Shown here: positions 61,534-64,000 of the stretch, piece by piece | Position numbering within the stretch: position 1 is the stretch's first letter | How the letters are laid out: every line of letters starts with the position of its first letter | From: Selaginella moellendorffii | Taxonomy: Eukaryota > Plantae > Lycopodiophyta | Direction: 5' to 3' | Length of the DNA stretch: 64,000 nucleotides | Assembly: GCF_000143415.4 (NCBI RefSeq) | Contig: NW_003314346.1 | Span: forward strand, 124,001 to 188,000 | The notes under the pieces: model-generated | What the model saw: only the letters and a program-made list of their open reading frames with translations | Databases searched by the model: none | Told to the model about the DNA's origin: nothing | Made by a program: the position numbers and the translations under genes

Positions 61534-64000
61534 TGTGAGACACAAAATCCCTAGGCCCCAAAGTGGAGCCGGAAGGGCGCCACATGGTAGTGGCCGAAGC
61601 GAGAGCCAAACGAGTGTAACACGTTTGGACCAAAAGCTCCGACTTGAAAAGTCAAGAGCGGGAGTGGAACTCCCAACGAAGTGCTCGAGGAACGAGCATG
61701 AAGCGAGCAAAAGGCGAGGCTCCAAAAAGGGACCCAAAAGGACCAACACATGACACGTGGGAGTGTCCGAAATGGACCCGAGTTGGAGTCCGAAGTGGAG
61801 TCCGAGATGGAGTCCGAGATGGAGTCCGAGATGGAGTCCGAGGTGGACCCGAGATGGACCCGAGTTGGAGTCCGAAGTGGAGTCCGAGATGGACCCGAGA
61901 TGGAGTCCGAGATGGAGTCCGAGATGGAGTCCGAGGAGGACCCGAGATGGACCCGAAATGGAGTCCGAGATGGAGTCCGAGATGGACCCGAGATGGAGTC
62001 CGAGATGGAGTCCGAGATGGAGTCCGAGATGGACCCGAGATGGAGTCCGAGTCCGAGTCCGAGTCCGGAGCCTGAGAGGGTGAAAGCCCAAAGCGTTCGT
62101 CTCCCAGACCCTGGGGGGTTTGGTGAGCCCCAAAAGTATAGTAGGGGGAGGACTGCAGTGGAGCCAGTTTGGCCAGGAAAGGCCAGTTTGGCCCAGGAAG
62201 GCCAGACCCAGTGTTGGGTGATGAGCTGCCCACTGGGAAGTCCAAGACTAGAGTGAACACAGACCGACAAGCGGGGTAGCTTGGTGAAGTGTTCAAGAGC
62301 CGGCTCTAGTTCCCCCGGGAGATCGACTGGCCGATGCTCCCAGTCCAAGTGTGGGTGGCACTACCTACTTGGATACCAGGCGTGGCTCAACGGAACCTCG
62401 CTCTAAGCCCATGGCTAGAGCACCTAAAGGCGATAGGTGGGGAGAGTACCCAGGTGGCTCGCGTAAGGCCACGGTGTTCCGAAATGTTGTCCCAAAGGCC
62501 CAGACTGTGGAAAGGAAGAGGAGCAGTCCTCTGGGGTAGTGACCAAGGACACAGTCATGTGGTGAGGAAGTCCCAGAGGACCGTGGGACTTAGTGGTCGG
62601 GCCTGTGGGCCTCGATCCAGTGGCAGTGTTGGCAAACACGGCCAGGGGCAGAAAGGGACTTGGTAGGAACTGACAAAGGGACTTTGGGGAAGGCAATTCC
62701 CCAGGTCTGTGGGCATCCTAAGGATGCTAAGGAGTGGATCTAGGATGACCACTCGTGGACACATGGCCCAGTCTTGGAGAGACGAGGTGGTGATGCAAGT
62801 GGTGTTGAACCACTAGTGCAGCAAAGGTGAATGGGCATGGCCTTAGCGTAACGGGCCGAGATGTCAGTGGTACTTTTGGGTGTCGGTCTCAGGACCAGAC
62901 ACATGGAGCACTTGGACCAGGTGCAAGTGTGGAGTGGCATGGATGCCATTCTTGGGGCTAGCAAGTCCCAAGTCCTGAATTGGATTGATGGAGGTTGTGA
63001 ATGAGACTCCTCCAAGTGGTCGGAGGTGTGGTTAAGTGACTAAAGTAGAATGGAAAATTTAGTCGCTTACAATTTGGTATCGGAGCTGTTCCTTAGTCCG
63101 ACTTTTATTGGTGCTCAAGCATATCACCACTGGTGCTAGCAACGGAAGGTCCAAGAAGTGGGCCTATCCTTGAGGAGTAGCAAGTCGGGAAGACATGGCT
63201 CTCCATTACAGTTCATGTGTGAACTTGTAGACAAGGTGGTGGATAGAAAAGGGGCCAATAATAGAACGACTTTGGGATCTTGGGAACAGTGTAAGGTTTT
63301 CCTCATTGAGTTGAGGAAGTGATCCAGATGAGCGTTTGACTCAGCAAACGGGCTAATGTAGTTGGGGTAAACAACTATAGTTGGGATCACGGGGAAGATA
63401 GAGACTCCAAAAACAATAAAGGAGTCACGAGTTTATCCTCACATGGTTGAGGCTGGTGCTCATGAAGGTGAGACCGGAATGGATGACCGTGAGAGGTCAA
63501 GTATGGATGAGGACACGAGTCCTGGAAATGGTAGCCGGGGCTACCTCTAATAAATGCTGGAACAACCCCAGGAGTTGGGGGTGTATTAAGTGGATGAGTT
63601 GGTGTTCTCATCACATGGACAAGTAGTCCTAAGGGGCAAAGGTTGCCCCCAGAGAACAAAATCAAGTGTCGGAGTAACACTTGTGAAAATAGTCCTTTTG
63701 AGTAGGACAGGAATGCAAGAAGTGTATTCCAGTGAGCTAGTGCCTCACAAGTAGGACCTTACGGGTCTGTGGATTAACCAAGTCCAAAACTGCTGGATGA
63801 CTCAAGTAGAGTCAACGGATGGTCCTAAAAGGACTGATGGAAGCATTTGGACTGAGGTGTGTTGTACCCCATAAAGGATGGGGGGGGATCATAGGATCCA
63901 AGGATGAGAACGGAGGGTATCTCATCGATGGCAAAATATGCCATGCTAAAGTTATGGGAAAGGTGTTCCCAGAAGAAAACAACTTTGACACAAAGTTGTG
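61534..64000 (+). mobile_element. Younger LTR retrotransposon 5' end: LTR 61534-63071, tRNA-Met PBS 63075-63086, internal region running off the window
   Basis: TGTGAGAC...CTTACA followed by ATT-TGGTATCGGAGC (1 mismatch to the canonical TGGTATCAGAGC); no intact gag ORF seen. Confidence 0.75.
61767..62067. repeat. 12-bp minisatellite (ATGGAGTCCGAG)n with an 11-bp variant (ATGGACCCGAG) inside the LTR
   Basis: About 25 tandem units; explains the MESEMESE / WSPRWSPR / GVRDGVRD ORF translations. Confidence 0.95.

Noticed and set aside
61767-62067. CRISPR-like array
   Set aside because: Units are contiguous with no unique spacers, and the context is eukaryotic.
61477-62348. Long repetitive ORFs (MESEMESE, WSPRWSPR, SISDSISD, HLGLHLGL) on both strands
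   Set aside because: By-products of a stop-free 12-bp minisatellite inside an LTR; no evidence of a real protein.

Overview
Eukaryotic plant nuclear DNA, most likely a lycophyte of the Selaginella type. This is inferred from 40-75 nt introns, extreme gene density, five intronless PLS-class PPR genes with runs of 31-aa repeats, a mitochondrial HslV and a probable flagellar gene. The window has three zones. (1) 1-~10 kb: decayed retroelements (LTR, internally deleted LINE, 5'-truncated Ty3/gypsy) punctuated by interstitial plant telomere tracts, including a head-to-head (TTTAGGG)n/(CCCTAAA)n junction. (2) ~10.3-56.0 kb: a gene island with about 23 protein-coding genes (MINDY3-like DUB, HSF-A, R2R3-MYB, PIFI, APC1, EXORDIUM-like, CYP72-clan P450, ATG18, NDUFA12, RLF-like cyt b5, DeSI, GSK3, pTAC14, HslV, DnaJ, 5 PPRs, orphans) and a 1842-bp tandem duplication. 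(3) 56-64 kb: AT-rich decayed LTR-retrotransposon DNA with an old and a young copy of one LTR family, the young one carrying a 12-bp minisatellite. The most notable patterns are: chains of co-oriented genes separated by only 16-180 bp (one overlap); intronless PPR editing-factor genes, mostly lacking evident targeting peptides, wedged into those gaps; a sense-strand TAGGG(T/C) motif 8-30 nt before many start codons; and a 4.9-kb block bracketed by outward-facing telomere repeats. Exon structures were read by eye and are unverified.
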